Shown piece by piece: positions 37,576 through 51,555 of a stretch of DNA of 64,000 nucleotides. Origin of the DNA: Mobula hypostoma. Lineage: Eukaryota. Where the stretch lies: NCBI RefSeq assembly GCF_963921235.1, contig NC_086106.1:23560001-23624000 (forward strand). The letters are read 5' to 3'. Positions within the stretch are counted from its first letter, which is position 1. Each line of letters opens with the position of its first letter. The position numbers and the translations under genes are program-made. Under the pieces are notes generated by a model. It saw only the letters and a list, made by a program, of their open reading frames with translations. It was not told where the DNA came from and searched no databases.

Positions 37576-38600
37576 TTCTAACCTATATACAGAAAATGAT
37601 TCAGATTAAGGGATTGAAATACGTGCAGAGTGGGTTTAATTGAGTATCCATAAGTACGAATGGGAGAAATTGATACATTTGAAAGAGATAAGTTAGTGCA
37701 TTCATAGGAGATTTAAAAAGGGTAAACACCATTACAATGACCTACAGCTTCTGAAGAATGCTTTCAAAGTCAAATTAACTCGATAATAAACAAATAAAAA
37801 AATAAAAAAATAAATCATTGTGAGCTGTTCTTTTTAATTATGCTAACTATCAATAGGCAATATTCCAATGCAAACTGACCACTTGCTAAATATTATTCGG
37901 GTGCTGCTTAAGGAATGTTTAAAGGGTAAATAATATTTGCGAAAAAGTTAACAATGTCACTTGTTGCAGCTCATGTCGTCGCTAGGTCTCAATAAGCACA
38001 TTTAATGTCAGACAACACTATATGATATACATCTGGAGAATAGTTTTCTTCGTAAAACATCCACCAAAACCGATGAGTGCACCATAGAATAAATGCAGTG
38101 AAAACAATGAGACACCCAAAGAGCCCCCAGCTTTCCCGTTCCAAGAACAAGCAGCAACAGCACAACTACCACCGCATATAACCCTCCTCCACACATGCGA
38201 AAAAACATCATCAACCATCACTCTTCACCGATCATCAAGCGTACAGCAAGCATCAATAACGATACAGGCATGCAACACCCCAGACCCTTCTTGTTCATCC
38301 GGTAATTTGACATGCCAATATCGAAAAGCAGCCTGTCGTGAGGCCGTGAGAGCGTGTTCCATTCCCGCAAAGATGCGAAGCCAGATTGTAATTCCAGATC
38401 AATGTATTCAAAACAATCTCGGAAAAAAAAAAACGGATAACAAAGATAGAAATTATTCTATTTCTGAAGATGCAACCAAAGGCGTCGCCGTTTAACGCCG
38501 CAGGCAGGCACTAATTTTATCGGCCATGGCACCACTGAAAATTGAGGAAGGGTAAATGATTAAACACACACTCACCATTCCGAAATTCTTTCATTGCAAG

Positions 38601-38712
38601 TTAGTAAGTTCATTAGTTTGTTTGTCTGATTATCTATCTATCTATTAATTAATTAATTAATTCATTCATTCATTCATTCATTTAGTTTTTACTTACTTAC
38701 TTACTTACTACC
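38601..38712. repeat. Compound tetranucleotide microsatellite (TTAG/TTTG/TATC/TTAA/TTCA/TTAC)
   Basis: Directly visible at the 3' end of the RTE. Confidence 0.9.
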
Positions 38713-38729
38713 GAAAGTGGTTCGATCAT

Positions 38730-41700
38730 TGCCCATTGTCCCTTCTCCATTATCAATTTGTCAAAATTTTCCTTCGTCCTGCCAGAAATAGCTATCTGGC
38801 AATCATTTCCATATATTGAAGTAATTCACAAGAGAGATGCCGTCAACAGCTGACATTACTTTAATTAAGAAGCAGGACACCCTCCCCGCTCATATTCCGT
38901 CTGGGCAGCCTTCAACCAGATGACATAAATATTGACTTATCTGCGTTCCTGTGTTCCGTCGCTCTCCCACTTGCTTCCCCCCCCCATTCCCCCTTGTGTC
39001 TTCATACTTACCCTTGTTTTTCTCCTCCTCATCGTCATCATCAGGTGCCATGCCCAGTTTGAGCTTTGACTGCCGTAGCAAACACACTCCTGTTTCTGGT
39101 CAAGTAGATCAATTCTTTGGTATTCATTTTCAATTCTCTGGCTGCTGTCTCTATCAACATTTGTCTTTGTCTTCCTCTTGCTTTCTTCCCTTCAATCTTT
39201 CCCATAATTACCGTGCGTTCTAACTCCTCGTTCCTAATCACATGTCCAATGAAGTTACGTTACTCTTTCATGATTTGATACATTATTTCGCGTTTAATGT
39301 TTGCTCTGTTCATGACATCCTGGTTAGATATTGGTTTCGTCCATGATATTCTTTCCATTCTACTAAAAAAAAAAACACATTTCTGCTGCTGAATTTCGTT
39401 ACCTCGTGTTACTAGATACTGTCCAACATTCTATGCCATATGATATAACTGGATAAACATAACATTTCAGTACTCTGAAGCGGGTTGTCATGCCTAGTGT
39501 AGTATTGGTCAGTAGCCACTTCATTCTCGTGAAGGAGTACTTTGCCATCCCTCATTCTTGTTTTGATGTCAATGTCGCACCTGCCATCTGATGTCACTCA
39601 GCTTCTTAAGTAGCAAAATTCTTTGCTTGTTTTATGTCTTCCGCAGTTATTCTCAGCCTACAGATAGGATGTTCTTTCTTTTTGGATATCAACATATATT
39701 TTATCTTTTGAAGTTGATAGATAGATCCATTTTTGCAGTTACTTCAGCAGTTCTTCCTCCGTACTTGCAATTAACAGAGTGTCATCTGCATATCTGAAAT
39801 TATTGATGTATTCACCGCCAACTTTGATTACCAAGATGTCACTGATTTTTTTTTTCTTTTTATAATATTGTTTCACTATAAACATTAGATAAATCAGGTG
39901 AGAAAACACACCCTTGTCTAACACCTGTCTTGATTTTCGTAAACTTACCTCTCCATCTATCCTGACAGCGGCAGTTTGTTCTCAGTACAGATTTATGATA
40001 AGGCGGAGTTCTTTCGAATCTAGATCTAGATTTTTCTGTAATATTTCAAATAACTTATTGTGCTTCACTTTATGAAATGGTTTTGCGTAGTCGACAAAAC
40101 AAACAATCGTTTTGCACTCGAATAATCATTCTGATATTATCCTTAACATCAATATTCTGTTTCTTATAACTTTGTCTTTCACCACACCACATTTTTTTGC
40201 CTATTTCAGCCTGTATCTTATTTTTATGCCTTGTCATTAAAATTCTTAGAAGTATCTTGGTGAAATGACACAGTAAAGTTATGGTCCTATATAATTCACA
40301 TTCTATTGCTCCATCATTCTTAGGAAGAGTGATAAGTACGGATTTTTTCATCTGTTCTGATATTATTCCAGTCTCATAAACGTCAGTGACTAAATCAGTA
40401 AGTTTTACAATTCCATAAACTTTACGGGCAATAATTTGTGCTATAACTAAATTATCAGGACCTGCTGCCTTTCCTTTCTGCATCTTATTTATTGCATAAC
40501 TATCTTAAGATTTTAAAATCTTGAACCTTCAATGTTTTTCTCAATTTCTGGTTTTCGCTTCCATCGTCTTCAAAACAATCCTGAATATTCTCAGTCCATC
40601 TGTTCAGAGTCTCATCTTTTTTTCTCACGATAATGGTACCGTTATTTGCTTTCAAACATCCACTTGAAGAACACAGGAGCTTTTTAGCAGTGATATTTCT
40701 GATTTGTTGATATACCCTTCTTAGATGAGTAATAGTGATTCTTTCTATTTGCTCACATTTCCTATTTAACCATTTTTTTTGGCTTTTTGACATCAGCTTT
40801 TAACTTTGTTTTTAATCTAAGGACTTATATTGTACTGGATTTGCTTTCTTCCGTATCCTTTCTTCCATTAGATTTTTGATTTCTTATGTCATCCTTCTAT
40901 TCTTCGTGTTCCCCCTCCCCCCCCTTTTTTTTAGGAATTACTGAATTTGCTGATTCTACCAAGGCATTCTTCAGCGAGTTACATTACATTTCTACATGTT
41001 TGTTATCATCTTCAACATTTTCTATTTCTAGACTTTGAAGCATATTCCATACGTCTTTTTTTCGTCTTAAGTTTTCTTCTTTAATTAATTGGAAGCAGTG
41101 TTCAGGTATTTTTTTCTTTTTTTACTTTTTCAAGTTTTACTTTTACATGACATACTACTGGGTTATGGTCACTATTACAGTCTGTACCTGGATATGTGTT
41201 ACATTGAGTCACTGAGTTTCAAAATCTTTGGTTTATAGAAATTAAGTCAATTTGATTTCTAGTGTTATTACCTGGACTTTTCCAGGTCCACAAGTGAATG
41301 GAATGGTTGTTAAAGCAGGTAGTCAGAATTACCTGATTATTCATTCTGTACCATTTGTCACATTTTAAATTTCTTTCCCATAGTCCAACTTTTCCCGTGG
41401 TATTTCCCTCACACCTTGTCCTTCTTAGCATATAGATATCCCATGACAATAACAATATATTGAGATTTGCATCCATTCTTTGGTTGTTGAGGCTCTTCGT
41501 TAAATTTGTCTATATCTTCATTTGTTCCTTCTGTTGTTTTGTGCATATGCCTGCATAATTGCTGAATCAAATGGTTGTCCTCTGAATCTCACAAGGAGCA
41601 TTCTTTCTGATACTGCCCAATTTGGTAAGCCACGTGTTGCCATGTTTTCATCCGTAACAATTCATACTCCATCAGTATGGAGTATGGGATGTTCCACAAA

Positions 41701-42150
41701 AATAAAGTAGTGTTTGATTTCTCATCTGACATGCTCCAGCACCTATCCAACGAACTTCGTTAATTCCCATGATGTTAATCTTTAGTATTTCCACTCCATT
41801 TCATTATCACATTCATCATTCTTCCTGCTGATATAGGGTTCTGACATTCCAAGTGGCAATAATTTTCTTTTGTGTGACGTTAATTTTATGAGCAGTAGCT
41901 TAATGACGGTCGGGGATCCACAGCTGGCCAGAATCAACCTTACCAAGGGAAACATCTTCGGAGTTGCCTTGAAGATGCTCTTGACGCTGTTGTTCTGTGA
42001 TACATTTTGTGCGTTTGACCATGGTTCTACTAGCATATTCCAACGGTGGTTTGCTAGTGCCTACCGTTCTGTGAAATAAAGAAATCGCCATTTCTCTTCC
42101 CAAATGTTTCTCCGCCTATACTATAGCAATTAACATTGGAGGTCGTAGCT
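38730..42150 (-). mobile_element. RTE-clade LINE (copy 2, uninterrupted, degenerate)
   Basis: Endonuclease (WTWKSPGNNTRNQIDLI), RT (KGKAAGPD, YRTITLLCHFTKILLRIL, FRYADDTLLIA) and C-terminal GKIEGKKARGRQR. Confidence 0.92.
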
Positions 42151-43544
42151 CAATAGCCTTCTCCGTCATGTGTGCAGTTACTGAACCTGCCGGATCTGCC
42201 GTTGGTCTTCGCTCGTATCCTGAACAGGAAACCTTGCAGGTGCTATCTTTCTGGGTCAGAGCGGCCCTGGGAACAGTGAATGACTAAAGGGTAACTCCAC
42301 TTTCCACAAAACCTGAAAGTCCCCAGTCAGAACCTCATCACCGGTTACAGTGTAGAGTCATACCCAGGACTGTTTTGTTCTCTCTCTCCACACCGGCCCA
42401 TATTCAGCCTCTCGTCCCTCTTCTGCTTTCCTTTCTTCCCTTGTCCACTGTCGCCTCCTGTTAAATTCTTTCAGACTCCACCCTTTATCTCTTCCTCTTT
42501 TCACCTCGGAGCTACTAATTCCAAGAAACGCCTGCGTCTATCTGTCTTTCTTTTCATCTGGTATCAGCGTTCGACTCCGAGTTTATCTTCTTTCCAGAAG
42601 CTCGTGCTGTTCTATACGTATTTAACCTCTCCTTCCTTTTCTGACTTAATGAAGACTTCTGGCTCAAAACACCGAGTGTTTATTCTTCTACTTCGCGCTG
42701 CCTAACCCACTTAATTGTTCATCGTTTGCATGTGCATGTGATGCATGGCCTCTACATGACACATTGGGTAACTGATCTCATCCAGATATAATGTTTCGTA
42801 GTCCCTTGCATTGTCTACAGACCTACCATACCTGAAGGTATTCGGAAACGTTCTATGATACCAATTTAAATGCTAACCACATCGCTATGTTTTCCATAAA
42901 TCTTTGGTTAATGACTTTATGTAATCTGTCATTTCACGCATACTTATTTCAGTTCTAAACGTGTTTTTTTTTCAATTTGGAACAGAAGCTCTCTTAGAAT
43001 TCTGCTCCTCTCAGAATTTCCTAGATTTATTAAATTTTAGTTGATTTTCTTTGAAAGAGACGTTTACTTATCTTACTTTTTTTTATTGAAATAAGTCTTT
43101 TGAGAGTATTCCGGATCTGTTTTCCTTACATAGACATCAACATAAATTGTTCGAAAATCATATCATACACGAAGACGGAGATAAGAATTAAATGTAATTA
43201 CGTGGAAATGCTGGAGATTCCCAGCAGTTTCGATATGACCTTTAAAATGGTAAACGGGCTGAAGCAAAGTGTTGTTTTAAAAAGCCACTAGACCGCATTT
43301 TGGCCCATCTAGATTTTTCAGTTGGTGGAGGAGAGTTCCCTGGCGCTATTAGGTGACGATGTTGCAAGTAGATTCAGGATTGAATTTAGTTTTAGTTACT
43401 GATTAGAATTTAAGTTATTTTCACTGGCATAGAATTCAACACACGCCGCAATGCTGAAAGTCGTCATTCATAATCACAGATTCCCTTGAAAAAAATATAC
43501 TAAAATAAACAGACGTCGCTGAAATCTTTTGGAAAATATTGTTT

Positions 43545-44060
43545 ATGATCAGTCCAGAGAAACAGAGCTGCTCGTGAGCTCGTGGATTAATCGGCGATAT
43601 AGTTTTAAATAATTTGGGGATGTGATGTTTTATGTTAAAGCGTGTGTGTTTAATATTGAAACGATTATTTTTCAGGAGCTCCAGTCATTAAACATACAGA
43701 TCGAGTTTATGTTGAGGAGAGGCGGTTATGATTTCCAACTCTTTTTTCAGCATTCAGCAGTTCGCATGTTTCCCGATTTTATCGACACGGGTCTGCAGCT
43801 GAGCGGTGCTCAGTTTACACTCTGAGGATCAAAGTGATATTAATCACTGAAAACATCGACCAGAGGCCCAGGCCGCCTGGAGTTTTCTAACTCCATCAGT
43901 GGTGTCAAATACTACCCATCCTTTGTTTTATTTCCAATATCTTGAAAACCGTACCATGAGTTCAACTGTTTCCGATGACGTTCACTCCCCCCACCCCGCC
44001 CAGCGATATGCCTCTGCATAATTTATTAGTATATAATTTGGTGCTGCCCTCCACCGTGCT
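43545..44060 (+). pseudogene. Paralog of psi-C
   Basis: Acceptor at 43675; heptamer-like CACCGTG at 44052-44058. Confidence 0.35.
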
Positions 44061-44899
44061 CTGCAAAACACTGATCGCTGTAAAGTACGTGGGTGAGTGG
44101 TTGCACAGGAACTAAATGCTCGCACAGATACGCTTACTGCAATACAGCTGAAATTTAATTTTATTTTAATATAGTTTCTAAATCTATGTTAATACAATGT
44201 AGAAACCCGCTGTTCTTGTTTTTAATGAATATAACCATCCATAATCTAAATAATAATCGTACTAATACCTTCACTATGAAACATTTAGAGGTCTAAAGTA
44301 TTTACATTGTCAGTGCTTCAGATTACAACTTTTACAAAATTTAGCAATAAATGCACAGGTAGAAGTCAGTAACTCATTGTTATTAAACTGTCGGCAAGCC
44401 GAAACCCGAGGAGGTCTCGTCAAAGTATTTGCCTTTTCCCGTTGTGCCTGTTAGTTGTAATGACTGCCTAACTTCATTTACTTCTGATGTGAGTTGTGCA
44501 TAGTGCTTGGTGAATGTGAAAAAAAACGTACTCTATTCATATTTGTTGTAAAATTTCATATTATTTTTTTTCATAAAACATAGTGACATGAATTCCCTTA
44601 TACAGTAATGAACTGATAAAAAAAGATAAACATCCGTTTCGATAGAATTGTTTGCATAGCTATTGTTACATGTTTTCCTTCTGTTTTTCATTTACTTCGT
44701 AAAATTTCTCAAATAACAATAGCGATTACGCTCAAACAACAATGTTATATATTTTTTTCACATCCGGAGAATGTCGAAAAGGAAGAACAGACAGACTATA
44801 TAGAACTCCAAAGTCTGTGAAACAAGAATAAATCTAATTGTGCGCGGATTAAGTGTGTGTATAAACAGTGGTTCGCCGTGTTCAAACAAAAGTGTTTTA

Positions 44900-45520
44900 T
44901 TTCTATTTTGGAGGTGTAGTGGACAGTGAGGAACGTTTTCAAAGATGGCAGTTGGATTTGGACCTGCTGGAGAAATGGCTGAAAATCGCAGATGGAGTTT
45001 AATATAGACAAGTGTGAGGTGTTACATTTCGAAGGGCAAACAACGGTAGAACATACAAGCTAAATGGTAGGGCACTGAGGAATGCAGCAGAACAGAGGGA
45101 TCTGGCAATACAGCCAGAAATTTCCTAAAAGTGGCGTCACAGGTAGATAGGGTTGTAAAGAGAACATTTGGTGCATTGGTCTTTAAAAATCAAAGTATTG
45201 AGGATAAGAGTTGAAATGTTATGGTGAGGTTGTACAAGGCATTGGTGAGGCCGAATTTGGAGTATTGTGTGCAGTTTTGGTCACAAAATTACAGGAATGA
45301 TATTAAAAAGGTTGCACGAGTTGCCGGGACTTGCGAAGTTGAGTTACAGAGAGAGGATTTTTTTTTTCCACTGGAGCTAAAATAATGAGGCAAGATTTGA
45401 TAGAGGTATATAAATTATGATTGGTATAGATAGAGTGAATGCAAGCCGGCTATTTCCACTGAGGCTAGGGGAGAAGAAAACCAGAGGACATGAGAAAGGG
45501 TGAAGTTGGAAAAGTTTAAA
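44900..45520 (+). mobile_element. CR1-type LINE 3' fragment (paralog of 23810-24440)
   Basis: atggtgaggttgtacaaggcattggtgaggccgaatttggagtattgtgtgcagttttgg. Confidence 0.9.
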
Positions 45521-46576
45521 GGGAACATTAGGGGTGGGGTCTTCCTCACACTTGTCGAGGGATTAGAGCCAGCCAAGTTGTCGAAAGGATCAGCCCTGAT
45601 GTTGGAGAAAAAATCGGCCAAGGTGTTAAGGTGACGGTCGTGATATTGGGAAATGAGACTGCCGTGATATCGAAGGAGCCCTCTGTGTTTTCGGAGGAGA
45701 CTGCGTCAGGAGGATGTGACATGGCTGCTGATCGTAGTGCTGCTCTTATCACTCGGAAGCATCAAAGATAATGTAGCATAACCATGGGAAATTTTCTCGG
45801 ATATTTCACTTCGTGCCACACCACTCTGGTGGACTCAGAATATATGTGGCTGTAAAGCTGCTACCGTTATCTAGCTCTGGGAAAGACAACGTGAAAGCAG
45901 TGCGGCCTCGGAATTTTCTGCTGCGGAACTGGTGAAACCGCGGAACCATCAGTACGTTTTGACGGCGCTCGGCTGGGGCCTGGCCTCTCCCGTTGCTGAT
46001 CCTCTCCCGTGTTTGAGCGATAGAATGACAGGCTGCTGTACTACGGACTGCCGTACATTCTCGTACAGTGTCTTGGCCTCTAAATATGTTCGTTTATTAT
46101 TATTTAAGTGAATATGTTTCTTTTCTCGCTACTTTGACTTATGCTACTCTCTAATTTAAAGTTGGCACGTCATTTTGAATGATTTGTACTTTGGCCCGAT
46201 AGAAACGCTGTCTCGATTAACTGTGTGTATGTATAGTTTGAATATTAAGTATACTTGTTTTGATTTGATTTGATTTGGTTTTACAGATCGTGGAATTTCC
46301 TGTAGGAGTTGCAGTTACTTTCTAGTTAGATAAGAGTGCTGCTCATTTTTTTTTTTGCTGAAAGAGGGCAGAAAGCGGAGTCTTTGCTGCTCCTCGTATA
46401 TTGTCAGGGAAAATGTTCTGGGGGTAGAGTGTTAGGGATCTAATGTTTTTACTGTCACTCATTCTTTGAGGCACTCTGTGGGGTTTTCTTAGTTGGTTGC
46501 GACGGATAAGAATGTCATGATGTCCACTGTATATGTTTCTCTAATATTGACTAAAACTACTGAGCCATGTCACTAT

Positions 46577-46950
46577 ATGGTTAATGTGGTAATTGTAAAT
46601 CTCCTGTGTATAAACATGGCCATGTATGTAAATATATAAGAGAGCTTTGTGCAGCATGAACTGTGCGTTTTATTTTTGTTTTTGCGTGCATTGGCTTTGT
46701 GTTTTAGAAAATAATATGGACATATTGTGGTAATCTACCTTTCAGACACAAATTGCTGATGAATGTCTAAACACGTCTGTTCAGAGAATAAAATATTGCA
46801 TTCTAAGCCACGGTTACGTGATCCTAAATTATCGATCCATATGGTTCGGCATCTAATCTTGTCTTTCGAGCTCAACCGACCACATTGAGCGGAGGAAATA
46901 ATTGTTGTCAACCGCTTCTCACAGCACTTGGTGCATTAGAGTCAAGGAAC
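46577..46950 (+). pseudogene. Paralog of psi-E
   Basis: ATG 46577 (MVNVVIVNLLCINMA), acceptor 46745, nearly identical to 25040-25420. Confidence 0.45.
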
Positions 46951-48091
46951 CAACTTCAACCAATTTCTAGTTCATTTCTAGTACTTGCTTTAGCTTCCAT
47001 CGCAAGATCGTCGCATTTATAATAAACACAATTTTTTTTTATTTATCTACGTCTAACATGAGGACGATATTCTTGAAGCCTACTGTATCCATGCGAGTCA
47101 TTTTATGTAATACAATGTTCTTCCTTCATATTTACTACCACATTTTGGAGAACAGACCTAGTATCTACAGTGGCTACTGCATCTGATACAACTTCTGGCA
47201 TATCTCCTCTGTCCCTCTGTCGTCACATTTCCTGCACTCCAGTTGTTTGATTTAGACATAGGTATGTGCAATGTTTTATCAAGTTCTATTATCACCTTAT
47301 ATTTGCTTACTCACCATGCATCGGGGCTGTTCTCTATCGCCGTTACGGCCAGCAATCACGGCTGGCTACGGAAACAGCCGGATTCCTACCTAGCTCGGAG
47401 TGGCTGACCGCAGCGGAGTTGACCTGGAAAACGGCCGAATCCATACCGCAAAGACAGCTCCGGCAACCGGCAGGAAGGCTCCATGAAGCGATGGTTTTCC
47501 AACGTGTCCTAAAGATAGCAAATGGACGCTATATTCGTCCACCGGCAGCTTGCCCCCAGGATATCTTGACAAAACGAATCAGCAGCCCACACTGGAAAGC
47601 AAGGCTATTTATATTCCAAGCCCAAAGATGAGAATCAGGTGCCTATGATTAACTCAACTGAAACAAGGGACAGCTGGAAGACCCAGAGTCCTGAATGCAC
47701 GGACCAGATCGTGAACCGGAATGCAGACTTCACGGACAGGAGCATGACATCCTGTCAAAGGGTCCGGGCCCGTAATGTCCACTGCACCTCGTACTATAGA
47801 TGCTGTCTGGCCTATTGCGTTCCACCAGCATTTTTTTGTGTGTGCTGCTTGAATTTCCAGCCTCTGCAGATTTGCTCGTGTCGACGATAAAGGTTCGACC
47901 ATTTTAGTTAGATGTATCGATGCAGCTGGGAAAAGTGACCAAAGCACAAAAGAAACAAAGTAAAATATCCGTTGAGCAGGATAGTAGAAATGCGTTGGTG
48001 ATGTCGAAAAATAATAGTGTTTTCCCCACTTTGCAGCTGTAGGTCAATTGGCTAGCTTTAACGGTTCTGTGCCCGCAGTTTCCAACAGACT

Positions 48092-48543
48092 ATGCTGATC
48101 ATTGGAATATATCTGATCGTTCAAACGTTGAACATTAAATTCAGAAGGTAGTGCGTGTAATGGTATAAGATCCTGTGCAGGCGTTCATAAATATTCCGAG
48201 CAAATGGAGCAGAAAATATATTTTAACTTTCAGAGCCGGTGTACCGTATGGAAGCCGACTATAGACTTCAGAACTATAAAATAGGTCGCAAAAGTATGAA
48301 AAATATGAGTCATAGAGGTAGGACACCCTCTTTAAATGCAACAAGTACGGGCAAAACAAAAAGAGCTGGAATTTTGTAGTGGTGCGTAGACTTATGACGT
48401 AATTACCACAATTTAAAACGCTGGCCTCAGAGATGATGATCAATACCGTATCAAAATATAACCTTTACTTAGGAAACAAAGGCGAGATCGTAAAGCGGAT
48501 GATCAGCCAAATACATAAGGAATACTTTAAATGCAGGGCTATT
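48092..48543 (+). pseudogene. Paralog of psi-D
   Basis: Leader 48092-48147, acceptor 48233, TAC GGG CAA AAC AAA AAG AG-CTG GAA TTT, Cys 48532-48534, CAC at 48544. Confidence 0.55.
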
Positions 48544-49299
48544 CACGATAGGAGATGGACGGAGACTTAGCTAAGATATCTGGATGAAAAATGAAAAACT
48601 TAAGGATAAAACAACAACATAGGATGTATTTACAGAACCACATAATAGTGACAGCGATGTTCATGAGGATCTCTATCAGAATGTTTTTAAAAACTAGAAG
48701 TTCTGAAGATTATTGTATAGGTGACTTAAATTGCCCAGGTATTGAGGGAAAAGGTCGCAAGCAAGGGAATTCATTGATTTATTGAAGGAATGCTTTATGA
48801 CTCAGAGTGACAATGCAACAATAAAAGAAGAAGCTTGTTTGAATTTGAATACAAAAATTGTTTGGCCTTTAGCAGAAAATGATCCTACAATGTGTTCTCA
48901 ATTTTTCTTGGGGGGGGGGGTGGGCCAGCAGTATATCAGTGATAATCAGATCCATTAAATTTAATTTCTGAATGGCAAAATTATTGCAAACGCGTTAAGG
49001 ACTTCACAGGTAGGTAAACAGGAAGGAACTGTTGAAAGTTGAATTAGTTGAGACACATTGGATTGACCGCACTGCCACTGGTAACCATAGACTAGAAAGT
49101 TTAACGTGTATCCTATCTAAGATATTGAAAACAATAACAAATAATGCGTTCGAAAAAGCAATTGATAAGAAGAGGCATATTAGCAAAATGCCCGCACAGA
49201 TTGGAAAGTGGAAATCATGCTGGAGTTCTTTGGATAGGCAACTTAAATTCCTGATGACGCACACATGGTTTTGGACACTGAAAGGTGGGTTTTTGATGG

Positions 49300-49740
49300 A
49301 TCGATCAGGAGAATCGATCACTGGCTCTGGCTGTGTGGAAAAGGGTAACCGGTGGGAAATTATTAGTTGGGTAACCCTCGCCTGGATTGATAACTGAACT
49401 GCAGAAGACGGTCCTCTTTTTGTTGCCACATTCGGTGACTCCTAAAGGGTTTTGGAGGGCAACAGAAGATCGACGGCATCAGCTCAACTGAAGAACTAAA
49501 GACCTATCTCTCCCCAACACTACTCAACTAAATAATATGCACTGAACTCTACCTGTCAAACTAAGACTGTATCCATTTACCTCAGAAGCTTGAAGAAGTT
49601 TTTTTTGTTTATTTTTTTTTTGTATTTCTGCAATTATATATGTATAATCATTGTTAACCTGTTTGGTATATCTCAATTTATATTACTGAATGCATAGTTA
49701 CTAATAAACGAGCTTTAGTAAATATCAATACAAGACTCGC
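49300..49740 (+). mobile_element. Solo LTR-like repeat
   Basis: Longer copy of 27770-28005 with ...gttactaataaa (polyA signal); related to 62590-63015. Confidence 0.55.
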
Positions 49741-50010
49741 TAGGCCTCCTGTCCTATTATCCTCTCATATCCCTTCTGCCAGTAACCTGTCCAGATCTTG
49801 GCTCCATCCCTCCCCCTCCTGTCTTCTCCGATCATTTTCGATCTCCCTCTCCCACTTTCAAATCTCATACCAGCTCTTCTTTCAGTTAGTCCTGACGAAG
49901 GGTCTAGGCCCGAAACGTCGACTGTACCTCTTCCTAGAGATGCTGCCTGGTCTGCTGCGTTCAGCAGCAACTTTGATGTGTGTTGCACTAGAAAGATTCC
50001 GGGAATGAGT
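49740..50010 (+). mobile_element. Penelope/SINE 3' tail fragment
   Basis: cttctttcagttagtcctgacgaagggtctaggcccgaaacgtcgac...gatgctgcctggtctgctgcgttcagcagc. Confidence 0.7.
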
Positions 50011-50214
50011 GGGTTAAAATATGAGGAACGGTTAAAAGAAGCAAAATCAGAGATCAATCTCCTCTGATCAGGGCCGACATTTACAGGCCGGACAGCACCT
50101 AATGAATTAGCTGGTTTATTTTGTTGTGTTTTTTTTTTCTTCAAGATGTGCTGGGTGCGTTCCGGCTACCACTGAACCCCTGCATGCTTTGCGGCCCGGT
50201 ATCGGTCCGCGGTC

Positions 50215-50690
50215 CGGAGGTTGTGGACCACTGCACTACACTCTGTCCTTTCTCTCAAATTGTTAATATATATCATAAACAGTTGCATACCTAGCACCGA
50301 TCCCTGCGGCACACCAGAGACCACAGATTTCCAAACAGAGTATAATCCATGCATCCCACTTCTCTGCTTTCCTGCAATTAACAATTCGGCTTTCTGTATT
50401 AATACATCATGCTTAACTCTATGCAGCCTTATCTTATTGTTGAATCTTTTATGTGGCACTTTATCAAACACTTTCTGGAAATCCAAGTAGATATCATCGA
50501 CCTATTCCCTTCTATCCGCTGTGCTCGTTATATCCTCAAACCCCAGCAAGTTTGTCAAAGCAATTATGCATTTGCTTAATCCATGCCACATTAACTGATG
50601 GATCTATTATTTCCGGATTCCTCTCTATTTCTTCTTCAATAATAGCTTCACGCATTTTCCTAATCACCAGCGTTAAACTAGCTGGCCTAA
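50215..50690 (-). mobile_element. CR1-type LINE RT fragment
   Basis: DFQKVFDKVPH...SGVPQGSVLG. Confidence 0.9.
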
Positions 50691-50872
50691 CAGGATTTTA
50701 TGAAGCCATCAGAACAGGTGTTCGATGGTAGTATGAGGATCTGATGCATATCACAAGTCGTGAGAGCAGTGACTTAATTCAGAAAATAATGGAATACGAC
50801 TGATAATGGCTATTATCACCTGTCTTGTAAAGACAATGCTCAGAAGAAGACAGTGCAATACCAAATTCTGTG

Positions 50873-51260
50873 ACAAATAACAACAATAACAACAGCAGGA
50901 ATTATCATGTCGAAGATCCTGACCGCCTATATCATTCAAAACGGCACAGAGTGACGTTAATAATGGCCATGTTCATTCAGCTGCTTGTTCCTCTCAACAA
51001 TGAACATCTCTGCGGAAAATACACATCGACATAACATAGATAGTTTTCACAATACCACATGTGTGGTTTTCGTCAACGCTGCTGCATGTTCATGTATGCT
51101 TTGTCAACATGTTTGCCCTATAGAGCATGTTATGTCCTGCATTTTGGCAGCAATTCATTAGATTCGGCAATATCTGTGTAAAGCAAAATGGAGTCAATCC
51201 TAACACGATAACGCAGTCGCATTTTCAACAGATGCCAGCTCACCTGAGAAATATATTTTG
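50873..51260 (-). pseudogene. Decayed V relic (psi-G)
   Basis: Donor GTGAGC (~51243), 70-nt intron, acceptor ttttgctttacacag| (51174). It reads DIAE...HMWYC, and the end DLRHD-(N)SAV-Y-C is frameshifted with Cys 291 nt in. CACAGAA lies 10 nt later; there is no nonamer. Confidence 0.5.
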
Positions 51261-51555
51261 TGACCCTGTTTTCTTCTTATTACTGACACAAATGTCGTGG
51301 AATTGGTTTATAGTAAGAAGCAGAGCTAAAACAATGCTGATCCTGAATGACCAATTTACATTTTAACGTACCGCGAAAGCAACCAATTTTTCGTGTGAGT
51401 TTTTTTTTTATTTTGACACGCTCCCTCTCCCTTTCTATGAACCAATCATGTGTACCTGATGAAAGATCTGCTTTTAGCGCGTTTATGTATACCACTCGTA
51501 ACAGCAAAACCAGCACATTCGATCCTTGCTTGCAGTAATCGACATAGTAGACGAC

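Noticed and set aside
8810-49530. NAR-TCR or IgH-TCR chimeric cassette
   Set aside because: The intact V genes have leaders and no extra CDR1 Cys. I recognised no VNAR- or IgH-type V with D-J and 12/23 pairs by eye; a formal RSS scan is still advisable.
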